This document shows positions 17,304 to 26,160 of a stretch of 64,000 nt of DNA, one piece after another. This DNA comes from Clostridiales bacterium (GTDB taxonomy: Bacteria > Bacillota > Clostridia > Oscillospirales > CAG-382): positions 460 through 64,459 of the forward strand of contig JAEESG010000001.1 of assembly GCA_016286245.1 (NCBI GenBank). Direction: 5' to 3'. The notes below the pieces were generated by a model. It was not told where the DNA came from and did not search any database. It saw only the letters and a program-made list of their open reading frames with translations. The position numbers and the translations under genes were made by a program. Each line of letters opens with the position of its first letter. The first letter of the stretch is position 1.

Positions 17304-18392
17304 TTACCGTTTTTTGTCTTTGTTTTCGGGAAGTATGAGAAGCGCGCCGATAAGGCATAAAACGCTTAAAAGAATAATCGACGTATATGACCGGAAAGAG
17401 CCCCCGAAATCAAAAAAGAAAACGGGAAGCGCGCCGAAGAACAGCCCTGCCGTGGTAATGCCGAACGCAAGGTTCGGCGTTTTCGGAAGCACCGACACCA
17501 GAACGCCGAGCGTTACCGGCATGGTCATGGAAAAAAGCATTATTCCGATAAGGGATATAATCATAACGTTGTTTCCGAAAAGCAGAAACGGGAGCGAAAA
17601 AAGTATGCTTGCAAGCGCGGTTTTCTTAATTCCGTAAGCGTCGCAGAACACGCCGCCGAGCGCTTTTCCCACGCACATAAATACGTAAAGCAGGACTGTC
17701 TGAAACGCCGTTTTGTTCCAGGAGGTCGGAATTCCGTAACCCATATAACTCCTGCACGCGACGATTAAAAATGCGATTATAACCACCGCAAAAACGGGAA
17801 ACGCGGGGTTGTTATACTTGAAATCGCGGCAGTCCGAGCCGTTTTTTTCGTGCTTTTCGCGCATTTTGCGCGCAAGAATTATAAAAGGAACGGCAGTGAG
17901 CGCAAGAATGATTAAATAATAAAACGAAACGCCCGATTTTCCGAGCAGTTTTCCCGCGATTATGCCGAGCGAGCCGCCGCTGACGAAAATCGCGCTGTGC
18001 GAAAGCTTTCCGTAAGAGGAGTGAAGCGTCGCGTCGGCGCCCGCAACGTGAAGACACGCGTTTCCGAGCGATAAAATGAAAATTTCGGTGTATTTTCCGG
18101 GCAGCGCGTCGACACAAAAGGTCCAGAAGCCCGCAATAAGAAGAATAAGTCCGATAAGTCCGAGCGGAATGCGCGAAAACGCGTCTTTAAGCCTGCCGAT
18201 TACCGCCTGCGGCAGAAAGGCGACGGCGTCGTACAAAAGGGGTATCGACCAGAGCAGAAAAACGTTTCCGGTAACGCGCGCGAGCGCAAAATAACACACC
18301 GCTTCAAGCACCGCGTGAACGTAAAAATATAAGTATCCCGTGCCGATGCCGGGCGCGCAGAGCGCTTTTGCAAACCGTCTTATTTTTTTCAC
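17304..18392 (-). CDS. Polytopic membrane protein (about 10-12 TM, two halves split by a charged loop; MFS-like topology), unknown substrate
   Basis: 362 aa with a GTG start. The hydrophobicity pattern has a central loop RKMREKHEKNGSD. It is first in a four-gene minus-strand operon. Confidence 0.7.
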   Translation of the reverse strand: MKKIRRFAKALCAPGIGTGYLYFYVHAVLEAVCYFALARVTGNVFLLWSIPLLYDAVAFLPQAVIGRLKDAFSRIPLGLIGLILLIAGFWTFCVDALPGKYTEIFILSLGNACLHVAGADATLHSSYGKLSHSAIFVSGGSLGIIAGKLLGKSGVSFYYLIILALTAVPFIILARKMREKHEKNGSDCRDFKYNNPAFPVFAVVIIAFLIVACRSYMGYGIPTSWNKTAFQTVLLYVFMCVGKALGGVFCDAYGIKKTALASILFSLPFLLFGNNVMIISLIGIMLFSMTMPVTLGVLVSVLPKTPNLAFGITTAGLFFGALPVFFFDFGGSFRSYTSIILLSVLCLIGALLILPENKDKKR

Positions 18393-18415
18393 CTCCGCGT
18401 TTTCCTTACAGTTAT

Positions 18416-18444
18416 ATTATATTTTATGCTTTGCAAAAAGTCAA
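18416..18444 (-). promoter_or_regulatory. Candidate sigmaA promoter of the 18392-16169 operon
   Basis: On the minus strand: TTGACT (18439-18444), 17 nt spacer, TATAAT (18416-18421). Confidence 0.55.
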
Positions 18445-18469
18445 ATTATCTTTTAAATGACGATTTTTC

Positions 18470-18497
18470 TTGCAATTTTCGAAATAAATGATATAAT
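18470..18497 (+). promoter_or_regulatory. Candidate sigmaA promoter of tRNA-Ala
   Basis: TTGCAA (18470-18475), 16 nt spacer, TGaTATAAT (-10 at 18492-18497). Confidence 0.6.
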
Positions 18498-18561
18498 GTT
18501 ATTGTATATCCGCTGGGAACGCCCGTGAACATAACGGAACGCCTCTTTTTATAACCTTTAA

Positions 18562-18637
18562 GGGCTCGTAGCTCAGTTGGGAGAGCGCCGCGTTCGCAAC
18601 GCGGAGGTCAAGGGTTCGAATCCCTCCGGGTCCACCA
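18562..18637 (+). tRNA. tRNA-Ala (anticodon CGC), with encoded CCA
   Basis: A 76-nt cloverleaf was folded by hand. The acceptor is GGGCTCG/CGGGTCC with the G3:U70 Ala identity pair. The anticodon loop is TTCGCAA, the T-loop is TTCGAAT, and the 3' end is ACCA. Confidence 0.92.
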
Positions 18638-18640
18638 AAT

Positions 18641-18675
18641 CAAAAATCCTGTCTTTCGACAGGATTTTTGATTTG
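18641..18675 (+). terminator. Rho-independent terminator after tRNA-Ala
   Basis: CAAAAATCCTGTC-tttc-GACAGGATTTTTG followed by a T-rich tract. Confidence 0.85.
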
Positions 18676-18685
18676 TATTATTACC

Positions 18686-18713
18686 TATTCACTATTCACT
18701 ATTCACTATTCAC
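18686..18713. repeat. Heptanucleotide microsatellite (TATTCAC) x4, plus a degenerate fifth unit
   Basis: Four perfect tandem copies were read directly. Confidence 0.9.
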
Positions 18714-18808
18714 TCACTATGACGGAATTTTTCAAATGAAAAATCGGTAATTGCATTTATTTTAATATAATGCTATAATATACTCAAATAAACCATCGGA
18801 GGGATATT

Positions 18809-19387
18809 ATGAACGCGAATATTACAAGAGAAAGCGCGCTTGAGCTTTTGAAAAAATACAATAAAGAGCCGTTTCATATAAAACACGCGCTCACGGTCGA
18901 GGGCTGCATGAAATATTTTGCGGATTTGCTCGGATACGCTTCCGACGCGGATTTCTGGGGACTCTGCGGATTGCTTCACGACGTGGATTTTGAAAACTGG
19001 CCCGACGAACACTGCAAAAAGGCGCCGGAACTGCTTTCCGAAATAAACTGCTCGGACGCGCTCGTTCGCGCAGTATGCTCGCACGGCTACGGTATCTGCT
19101 CGGACGTAAAGCCCGAACACGAAATGGAAAAGGTGCTTTTCGCGGTTGACGAGCTTACGGGCCTTATCGGCGCCGCCGCAAGAATGCGCCCGTCGGGAAG
19201 CTGCTCGGATATGGAGCTGTCCAGCCTCAAAAAGAAATTCAAGGATAAAAAGTTTGCCGCAGGCTGCTCGAGAGACGTTATAATCGAGGGCGCGGATATG
19301 CTGGGTTGGGAGCTTGACGAGTTGCTTTCAAAGAGCATAGACGCCATGCGTTCGTGCGAAGAAAGCGTAAATAATCAGATGAAATAA
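18809..19387 (+). CDS. HD-domain phosphohydrolase (HDIG-type)
   Basis: 192 aa. It contains H...HDVD and later SHGYG motifs, with a GGAGGG RBS. Confidence 0.8.
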   Translation: MNANITRESALELLKKYNKEPFHIKHALTVEGCMKYFADLLGYASDADFWGLCGLLHDVDFENWPDEHCKKAPELLSEINCSDALVRAVCSHGYGICSDVKPEHEMEKVLFAVDELTGLIGAAARMRPSGSCSDMELSSLKKKFKDKKFAAGCSRDVIIEGADMLGWELDELLSKSIDAMRSCEESVNNQMK

Positions 19388-19403
19388 AAGAAAAAGAGAG
19401 TTT

Positions 19404-20075
19404 TTAACTCTCTTTTTCTTTTTCATTGCCGTCTTTACATTCGTTTTTGTGCTTTTTGTAGTAAACGTACGAATAAATAATCGGAATTGCCGCGGCAAGC
19501 GCCGTCAAAATTATAAAGATTATAAAGTTTCTCAAAAACGACGTCATTATTATGAGAATTCCCGAAATTACCATGCAAAACCCCGCAACCCTGTGCGTCC
19601 TGTTCCAGTTTTCCTCGTCCGCAAGCGTCCACGGAAGCCTTACTCCGAACGTGTAGTTCTGCTTCGCTTTGGGCAGAAAGTTTCCGAGAACGAGATACAG
19701 CACGCCGATAAACAAAATGCATATCATTCCCACGTCGAGCTTTACTCCGAGTGCGTTTGCGTATATCGCCGTAAAGACGACGACCGACGTTAAGGGAATT
19801 ATCCAGAATATTATCTTTTTTGATTTGTCCCCGATGTTTTTGGACTTTGGGTCCGCCGAGGTGATAAAAAGGCAGAGCAGGTGAAGAGCCGCAAGAAAAA
19901 GCGGAATCGCAAACACCGTAAAGGGCCTGCTGCTCCAGCCGTTCGCCTCGTTGTTTACGCCGAAATGCGTCGCGACGGTTTCGGGCAGACGGTTCCAGAT
20001 AATAATTCCCACAAGGCAGGGAAGAAGCGTAATAAGCGTCGTGATTACGGTCTTTAATTTGTTTTCTTTAATCAT
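19404..20075 (-). CDS. SdpI/YhfL-family membrane protein (DUF1648 plus SdpI immunity-type domain)
   Basis: 223 aa. The N-terminal pattern WNRLPETVATHFGVNNEANGWSSR matches DUF1648. It has multiple TMs. It overlaps the upstream ArsR/SdpR gene by 8 nt. Confidence 0.8.
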   Translation of the reverse strand: MIKENKLKTVITTLITLLPCLVGIIIWNRLPETVATHFGVNNEANGWSSRPFTVFAIPLFLAALHLLCLFITSADPKSKNIGDKSKKIIFWIIPLTSVVVFTAIYANALGVKLDVGMICILFIGVLYLVLGNFLPKAKQNYTFGVRLPWTLADEENWNRTHRVAGFCMVISGILIIMTSFLRNFIIFIILTALAAAIPIIYSYVYYKKHKNECKDGNEKEKES

Positions 20076-20343
20076 CGTTTTTCTCTCCTTTTAACTGCGA
20101 AAGCCAAAGCATTATTTCCTCAACAACCGACGCGCTCAGCGAATAATAAAGAAATTTTCCGCTTCGCGTGCAGGAAATGAGCCCCGCGTCCTTGAGTACC
20201 GATAAGTGCCGCGAGATTGCGGCGGGGGTAATCTCAAACGCGTCCGAAATCTCTCCCGCCGACAGACTTCCTTTCTTTAATTTTTCCAGAATCTGCCTGC
20301 GCACTGGGTCCGCAAGCGCCGACAGCGTTTTCTGTACTCCCAT
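20068..20343 (-). CDS. ArsR/SdpR-family autorepressor-type transcriptional regulator
   Basis: MGVQKTLSALADPVRRQILEKLKKGSLSAGEISDAFEITPAAISRHLSVLKDAGLI is a wHTH. The start was trimmed from 20463 to the ATG at 20343, which has a GGAAGTGAGG RBS. Confidence 0.88.
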   Translation of the reverse strand: MGVQKTLSALADPVRRQILEKLKKGSLSAGEISDAFEITPAAISRHLSVLKDAGLISCTRSGKFLYYSLSASVVEEIMLWLSQLKGEKNDD

Positions 20344-20369
20344 AACCTCACTTCCTTTATAACGTTTAA

Positions 20370-20421
20370 CATTTAACTTAATTGTTAAATGTATTATATA
20401 CCGAATTGATTCGTTTGTCAA
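20370..20421 (-). promoter_or_regulatory. Candidate sdpR-sdpI promoter with a perfect palindromic operator
   Basis: On the minus strand: TTGACA (20416-20421), 17 nt spacer, TATAAT (20393-20398). The palindrome CATTTAAC-ttaatt-GTTAAATG (20370-20391) lies immediately downstream of the -10. Confidence 0.6.
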
Positions 20422-20432
20422 GAGGGAAATGA

Positions 20433-20460
20433 AAAAATCCTGCCGAAAGGCAGGATTTTT
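20433..20460 (-). terminator. Rho-independent terminator of pgk-tpiA
   Basis: AAAAATCCTGCC-gaaa-GGCAGGATTTTT, with a T-run on the minus strand. Confidence 0.85.
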
Positions 20461-20474
20461 CAATTTTTATTAAT

Positions 20475-21230
20475 TTACTGGGCCGCGTTGATTATAACGC
20501 CGAAGTCGGGGGCTTTTAAGGACGCTCCGCCGATAAGGCCGCCGTCGACGTTAACGCATGCGAGAAGTTCGGACGCGTTTTTCGCGTTCATGGAGCCGCC
20601 GTACTGGATAATCGTGTTTTCGGCGGTTTCTTTGCCGTAAAGGGACGAGATAACGCCTCTTACAAGGCCGCACGCCTCGTCTGCCTGAGCGGTGGTGGCG
20701 GTTTTGCCGGTTCCTATCGCCCAGACGGGCTCGTACGCTATAATTACGTTTTTCATCTGCTCGGCGGTTACTCCGAGCAGGTCGATTTTCGTCTGCTTGC
20801 CGAGAATTTCAGCCGTGATGCCCTGTTCTCTTTCCTTTTCGAGCTCGCCGATGCAGAGAATGACTTTAAGTCCCGCTTCGAGAGCCGCTTTTACCCTTGC
20901 GTTTACCGTTTCGTCGGTTTCGCCGAAGTACTGTCTTCTCTCGCTGTGTCCGATTACGACGTATTCCACGCCGCAGTCAAGGAGCATCTGCGCGCTTATT
21001 TCGCCGGTGTATGCGCCGGACGGTGCAAAGTGAACGTTCTGCGCGCCGACCTTTATGTTCGTGCCCTTCGTGCCTTCAACGGCGCACGCTATGTCGACGA
21101 AGGGAACGCATATAACTATGTCGCAGCCGTTTTTATTTTGGGATACCGCCTTTAATTCCTCGACAAAAAGCTTTGTCTCGGTCGGCGTCTTGTTCATTTT
21201 CCAGTTGCCTGCAATTACTTTTCTTCTCAT
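20475..21230 (-). CDS. tpiA: Triose-phosphate isomerase
   Basis: 251 aa. Motifs AGNWKMN, IGHSERR and AYEPVWAIGTG are present. Confidence 0.97.
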   Translation of the reverse strand: MRRKVIAGNWKMNKTPTETKLFVEELKAVSQNKNGCDIVICVPFVDIACAVEGTKGTNIKVGAQNVHFAPSGAYTGEISAQMLLDCGVEYVVIGHSERRQYFGETDETVNARVKAALEAGLKVILCIGELEKEREQGITAEILGKQTKIDLLGVTAEQMKNVIIAYEPVWAIGTGKTATTAQADEACGLVRGVISSLYGKETAENTIIQYGGSMNAKNASELLACVNVDGGLIGGASLKAPDFGVIINAAQ

Positions 21231-21245
21231 TGTCGTTCTCCGAAA

Positions 21246-22547
21246 TTATTCTTTGTCGTTGAGGCAGGAAATGCCGGGAAGCTCTTTTCCTTCAAGGAAT
21301 TCAAGAGACGCGCCGCCGCCCGTCGAGATGTGCGTGATTTTGGGAGCAAATCCGAGTCTTTCAACCGCTTCGGCGCTGTCGCCGCCGCCGATAATGGAAA
21401 TCGCGCCGCTGTCGGCAACCGCCTGAGCAACCGCCTTTGTGCCGTTAGCGAAGTTTTTCCATTCCGAAACGCCCATAGGACCGTTCCATATAACCGTTCC
21501 CGCGCCCTTTATGGATTTTGCAAAGAGCTCCTGCGTCGTCGGACCTATATCGAGTCCCATCCAGCCGTCGGGAATCGCGTCGGAATAAATTCTCATATAT
21601 TCGGTGTCTTCCTTATATTCTCTGCCTATCATGTTGTCGACGGGGAGTATGAAGCATACGCCCTTGTCGTGAGCCTTCTGCATAAGGTCCTTTGCAAGCT
21701 CTATCTTGTCTTCCTCGAAAATGGACGTGCCCGTCGAATTTCCGAGCGCGCGCATGAAGGTATAAGCCATGCCGCCGCCGATAATGAGCGTGTCAACCTT
21801 TTCGAGCAGGTTGTTTATAACGCCTATCTTGTCGGAAACCTTGGCGCCTCCGAGGATTGCGACGAACGGACGAACGGGATTTGCAAGAGCGCCGCCCATA
21901 ACGTCGATTTCCTTGCGGATAAGATAACCGCAAACCGCGTCTTTTACGAATTCGGTAACGCCGGCGGTCGAGCAGTGCGCTCTGTGTGCCGAGCCGAACG
22001 CGTCGTTTACGTATATTTCGCAAAGGGACGCGAGCTCCTTCGAGAAGGAGGGGTCGTTTTTGGTTTCGCGCGCGTCGAAACGCACGTTTTCAAGCAGAAC
22101 GGCTTCGCCGTCCTTGAGGGCGTCTATTTTCGCTTTTGCGTCGGGGCCCGTAATGTCGCTTGCGAAAGCAACCTTGTTTCCGAGAAGCTCGTTGAGGCGA
22201 ACCGATACGGGTTTAAGCGAAAATTTTACGGCGTCGTTTTTCTTTGCCTTTTCGATTAATTCGGCTTTTGCGGAAGCCTGTTCGTTTTCGGGAAGCTCGG
22301 AAACTGCGGCGAGTTCCTTTTTGTCAAGCGCGAAATTTTCGGTAAAAATCGCGTGCGGTTTTCCGAGATGCGAGCAGAGAATAACCTTTGCGCCGTTTTC
22401 AAGCAGATATTTTATCGTCGGAAGAACTTCCACGATTCTCTTGTCGCTCGTTATGACTCCGTCTTTGAGCGGAACGTTGAAATCGCATCTTACGAGAACG
22501 CGCTTTCCTCTGACTTCAATATCTTCGATAGTCTTTTTATTAAGCAT
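21246..22547 (-). CDS. pgk: Phosphoglycerate kinase, carrying an insertion of roughly 37 aa after the SHLGKP motif
   Basis: 433 aa. Motifs RCDFNVP, SHLGKP and GGGDS are present. Confidence 0.95.
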   Translation of the reverse strand: MLNKKTIEDIEVRGKRVLVRCDFNVPLKDGVITSDKRIVEVLPTIKYLLENGAKVILCSHLGKPHAIFTENFALDKKELAAVSELPENEQASAKAELIEKAKKNDAVKFSLKPVSVRLNELLGNKVAFASDITGPDAKAKIDALKDGEAVLLENVRFDARETKNDPSFSKELASLCEIYVNDAFGSAHRAHCSTAGVTEFVKDAVCGYLIRKEIDVMGGALANPVRPFVAILGGAKVSDKIGVINNLLEKVDTLIIGGGMAYTFMRALGNSTGTSIFEEDKIELAKDLMQKAHDKGVCFILPVDNMIGREYKEDTEYMRIYSDAIPDGWMGLDIGPTTQELFAKSIKGAGTVIWNGPMGVSEWKNFANGTKAVAQAVADSGAISIIGGGDSAEAVERLGFAPKITHISTGGGASLEFLEGKELPGISCLNDKE

Positions 22548-22702
22548 GATGTTTTCCTTTCAAAATAATTTTTTAACAATCTTGATTGAGCGTCAATATA
22601 TAATATATAATATTTGTAACGGATTGTCAATTGTTTTTTTGAATATTGATGAAGAATTTAATATATTATTTACATAATCAGCCGAATTTACACAAAAAAA
22701 GG

Positions 22703-22731
22703 TTGACAAAAGAAAAAAACGGTGTTATCAT
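22703..22731 (+). promoter_or_regulatory. Candidate sigmaA promoter of asnA
   Basis: TTGACA (22703-22708), 17 nt spacer, TGtTATCAT (-10 at 22726-22731). Confidence 0.6.
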
Positions 22732-22794
22732 ATAACATAATTTTATAATAGCGGAAGAGATTTTTCCGCATAATCAGGAAAGGAAGCGCGAAAT

Positions 22795-23802
22795 ATGAAC
22801 AGAATAGTAATTCCCGAAGGGTACCGCCCCGTCCTTGACGAATACGATACCCAGAGAGCGATAGTTTACATAAAGCAGAATTTCCAGACGGAATTTGCTT
22901 CCGCGCTTAATCTGAAGCGCGTTTCCGCGCCCCTTTTCGTAGCGGAAAACTCGGGATTGAACGATAACTTAAACGGCTACGAGCGCCCCGTTTCGTTCGA
23001 CGTGCCGGCAATCGGCGCAGAAGCGCAGGTGGTTCATTCGCTTGCAAAATGGAAGAGGCTTGCGCTCAAAAAATACGATTTTGTCGTAGGCAAGGGCCTT
23101 TATACCGACATGAACGCAATACGCCGCGACGAAGAGCTCGACAACATACATTCGATTTACGTCGACCAGTGGGACTGGGAGAAAATAATAACGAGAGAAA
23201 ACAGAAATCTCGACTACTTAAAGCTTGTCGTAAAGGAAATAGTAAATTCGATATGCACCGTAAACGACAGACTGCAGGTTCATTTTCCGCAGTTAAACGT
23301 GCAGCTTGACAGAAACGTGTCCTTCGTAACGTCGCAGGAGCTTGAGGATGCGTATCCCGACCTTGAACCGTCCGAGCGCGAAAACGAGTACCTCAAAACA
23401 CATAAAACCGCGTGCGTTATGCAGATAGGCGGCGCGCTGAACTCGGGAAAACCGCACGCCATGCGCGCGCCCGACTACGACGACTGGGACCTCAACTGCG
23501 ACATCATTTTCTACAACGAAGTGCTGAAAATGGCGTTCGAGGTGTCGTCCATGGGTATAAGGGTGGACGAAAAGTCCCTTGCAAGACAGCTTGAAATATC
23601 GGGCTGCAACGACAGAAGAGAACTGCCGTTCCACAAAATGCTGCTCTCGGGCGAACTTCCGCTGACAATCGGCGGAGGAATCGGACAGTCGAGACTGTGT
23701 ATGCTCATGATGGGTTGCGCCCACATAGGCGAAGTTCAGTCGAGCCTGTGGGATGAAAAAACGGTAAAGGAATGCGAAAAAAACGGCATCCGTCTTCTTT
23801 AA
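22795..23802 (+). CDS. asnA: Aspartate--ammonia ligase (asparagine synthetase A)
   Basis: 335 aa. The AsnA-type class II synthetase-like sequence reads SAPLFV...GLNDNLNG...HSIYVDQWDWE...GGGIGQSRLCM. Confidence 0.93.
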   Translation: MNRIVIPEGYRPVLDEYDTQRAIVYIKQNFQTEFASALNLKRVSAPLFVAENSGLNDNLNGYERPVSFDVPAIGAEAQVVHSLAKWKRLALKKYDFVVGKGLYTDMNAIRRDEELDNIHSIYVDQWDWEKIITRENRNLDYLKLVVKEIVNSICTVNDRLQVHFPQLNVQLDRNVSFVTSQELEDAYPDLEPSERENEYLKTHKTACVMQIGGALNSGKPHAMRAPDYDDWDLNCDIIFYNEVLKMAFEVSSMGIRVDEKSLARQLEISGCNDRRELPFHKMLLSGELPLTIGGGIGQSRLCMLMMGCAHIGEVQSSLWDEKTVKECEKNGIRLL

Positions 23803-23816
23803 TAAAAAAACATTGG

Positions 23817-23847
23817 AAAAATCCGCGCCGAATGAGCGCGGATTTTT
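23817..23847 (+). terminator. Rho-independent terminator of asnA
   Basis: AAAAATCCGCGC-cgaatga-GCGCGGATTTTT. Confidence 0.85.
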
Positions 23848-23967
23848 GCGCCTTTTGCGGTTTTTCGGGGAACAAGTTTTAAACGCGTAAATCTTGACAA
23901 ATAATTATAATAGATTTATAATTATTATAGATAATTATGGTAAAAGCCGTAATATGATTAAACGGAG

Positions 23968-24861
23968 ATGGTAAACATTCTTAGCATGACGGGTTGCGGA
24001 TACGCGCGTATCCGCGGAGAAAAACATATTGTTACAGCAGAAATCAAGTCGGTAAACTCGAGATACCTCGATTTTTCCTGCAAAATGCCAAGGGCGTACA
24101 GCAGACTTGAAGAAAAAATAAAGGCGTATGCGGGTGAATATACCACGCGCGGAAAAATCGACGTGTATATCACCGTGGAGCCGATTCCCGGGGAAGCGGA
24201 CGCGTCTTTCTCGATAGACGAGGCGTACCTGCTCAACTACCTTTCCTGCCTTAACGAACTAAGGGAAAAATACGGTCTGAAGGACGATATTTCCGTTATG
24301 ACCGTCGCCCAGAACAGAGACGTTTTCACGTCGGTAAAGGCGGAGGACTCGGCGGACGAGCTTTGGGAAAGAATAGAGCCGTCGCTCAAGGCCGCGTTTG
24401 AAGATTTCAGAGCCATGAAAAAGGTCGAGGGCGACAGGCTTGCAAAGGACATACTTTTGAAAATTCAGGTGGTTGAGAAATACGTAAAAGAAATCGAAAA
24501 ACTCGCACCGCAGGTCATAAAGGACTACGAGGAACGGCTGAAAGCGCGGATTGAGGAGCTTCTGAACGGCGCCGAGGCGGACAGGGCGAGAATAGTAGAG
24601 GAAGTCGCGATTTTCGCCGACAGAGTGGCGATAGACGAGGAGCTCGTAAGGTTAAAGAGCCATCTTAAGCAGTTCAAGGACATGATAGAGGAAAAAAGCG
24701 ACGCGCCGTGCGGCAGAAAGCTCGATTTTCTGCTCCAGGAGATAAACAGGGAGATAAACACGACGGGCTCAAAATGCAACAGCGCGGAAATTGCGAAAAT
24801 CGTTGTCGACGCCAAAAGCGAAGCGGAAAAGATACGCGAACAGGTACAGAACATAGAATAA
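23968..24861 (+). CDS. yicC: YicC/YloC-family stress-induced endoribonuclease
   Basis: 297 aa. The N-terminus is SMTGCGYA. The C-terminal DUF1732 pattern REINTTGSK is present. A TTGACA-17-TATAAT promoter lies at 23894-23922. Confidence 0.88.
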   Translation: MVNILSMTGCGYARIRGEKHIVTAEIKSVNSRYLDFSCKMPRAYSRLEEKIKAYAGEYTTRGKIDVYITVEPIPGEADASFSIDEAYLLNYLSCLNELREKYGLKDDISVMTVAQNRDVFTSVKAEDSADELWERIEPSLKAAFEDFRAMKKVEGDRLAKDILLKIQVVEKYVKEIEKLAPQVIKDYEERLKARIEELLNGAEADRARIVEEVAIFADRVAIDEELVRLKSHLKQFKDMIEEKSDAPCGRKLDFLLQEINREINTTGSKCNSAEIAKIVVDAKSEAEKIREQVQNIE

Positions 24862-24886
24862 ACAAGGCACTTACGGGAGAAAAAAC

Positions 24887-25156
24887 ATGAAGCTTGTAAA
24901 TATAGGATACGGGAATATGGTAAATTCCCAAAAGGTCGTGTCCGTTGTAAGCCCGGACGCAGCGCCGATAAAGAGGCTGATTCAGGATACGAGGGACGCG
25001 GGAAAGCTGATTGACGCTTCCTGCGGAAAAAAGACGAGGTCGGTAATAATTGCCGAAAGCGGACACATTATTCTCTCCGCGCTCATGCCCGAAACGATAC
25101 AGTCGAGGCTGAGCGAGGAATCCGAAAACGACAGAGGAGAAGAAGACAATGAGTAA
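24887..25156 (+). CDS. remA: DUF370 / RemA-family regulatory protein
   Basis: 89 aa. [33 protein letters not shown] matches the RemA pattern. It sits in the conserved position between yicC and gmk. Confidence 0.88.
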   Translation: MKLVNIGYGNMVNSQKVVSVVSPDAAPIKRLIQDTRDAGKLIDASCGKKTRSVIIAESGHIILSALMPETIQSRLSEESENDRGEEDNE

Positions 25157-25778
25157 ACAGAACACTCCGAAAAAACAAAGAGGAACGCTTCTTGTCGTTT
25201 CGGGCCCGTCGGGAGTCGGTAAGGGCACGGTGCTTGAGGAGCTTTTCAAATTGAGCTCCGATTACGCGTACTCCGTGTCGGTTACGACGAGAGCCCCGAG
25301 ACAAGGCGAGGTTGAAGGCGTAAATTATTTTTTCAGAACGAAAGAAGAATTTGAAAAAATGATAGAAAACGGCGAGCTTCTCGAGTACGCGTCGTATAAC
25401 GGAAACTACTACGGAACCCCGAAAAAATACGTCGAGAAAATGCTCGATTCGGGTAAGAACGTAATTTTGGAAATCGAAGTGCAGGGCGCGATGAAGGTAA
25501 AGAAAATAAAGCCCGAGGCGGTAATGGTGTTTATCGCCCCCGAAAGCAAGGACGTCCTTGCGGAAAGACTTTCCACGCGCGCAACCGAGCCGAAAGACGT
25601 GATAATAAACCGCATTGAAATTGCGCAAAGGGAGCTTCGGGCGTGTCCGTTTTACGATTACGTAACGGTAAACACCGAAAATATGGCGAAAAAGTGCGCC
25701 GAAGACATCATCGCGGCGGTGCGCGTCGAAAAACTCAAGCCGAAGAACATGTTCGGACTTATAAGCGAATTTATATAA
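25149..25778 (+). CDS. gmk: Guanylate kinase
   Basis: P-loop GPSGVGKGT and TTRAPRQGE motifs are present. Confidence 0.96.
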   Translation: MSKQNTPKKQRGTLLVVSGPSGVGKGTVLEELFKLSSDYAYSVSVTTRAPRQGEVEGVNYFFRTKEEFEKMIENGELLEYASYNGNYYGTPKKYVEKMLDSGKNVILEIEVQGAMKVKKIKPEAVMVFIAPESKDVLAERLSTRATEPKDVIINRIEIAQRELRACPFYDYVTVNTENMAKKCAEDIIAAVRVEKLKPKNMFGLISEFI

Positions 25779-25812
25779 TTTATATAAAGTTAAGGTAAAG
25801 GAGAAAAGCAAA

Positions 25813-26082
25813 ATGATCAAACCATCTCTGGCGGAACTCTCGCAGAACAACAAATATAACAGATATACACTCGTTATGGCGACGGCAAAGGGCGCAAGAT
25901 ACATCATAGACAAGGAAAACTACGAAAAGGAACATCCCGAAATAGAGCAGATGCACGCACTTTCCGCAAAAGAGGAGAAAACCGACGACAAGCCGGTAAA
26001 AGAAGCGATAGATATGCTTTATAACGGCCGGATGTTCATAAAATTCCCGGAAGACGAAAAAGAAAAAGGCGAGGGCAACTGA
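25813..26082 (+). CDS. rpoZ: DNA-directed RNA polymerase subunit omega
   Basis: 89 aa. NRYTLVMATAKGARYI is the omega signature. It lies downstream of gmk. Confidence 0.9.
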   Translation: MIKPSLAELSQNNKYNRYTLVMATAKGARYIIDKENYEKEHPEIEQMHALSAKEEKTDDKPVKEAIDMLYNGRMFIKFPEDEKEKGEGN

Positions 26083-26100
26083 TAATACCGAGATTTTTTA

Positions 26101-26130
26101 ACGGCACACATGTTTTTTGATGTGTGCCGT
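26101..26130 (+). other. Intergenic perfect stem-loop between rpoZ and priA. It has no U-tract and may be an RNA processing or attenuation element.
   Basis: ACGGCACACAT-gttttttg-ATGTGTGCCGT, an 11-bp perfect stem. Confidence 0.35.
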
Positions 26131-26160
26131 AAAGATATACTTATCAAAACGGAGGAAGAA

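Noticed and set aside
18562-20463. tRNA-Ala as an integration hotspot, with the HD-domain and sdpRI genes forming a small genomic island.
   Set aside because: There is no integrase and no direct repeat of the tRNA 3' end downstream. By eye there is no compositional break. The tRNA has its own promoter and terminator, and its neighbours are ordinary chromosomal genes.
21330-22259. A 309-aa plus-strand ORF antisense to pgk. Similar cases are antisense to priA (26914-27885), prkC (35619-36518), DUF4330 (52770-53744), csaB (56975-57739), hisS (60307-61179), the PBP (40769-41692) and murJ (49760-50593).
   Set aside because: The opposite-strand genes all carry unmistakable family motifs. The antisense translations are Arg/Val-rich, have no motifs and lack RBSs.
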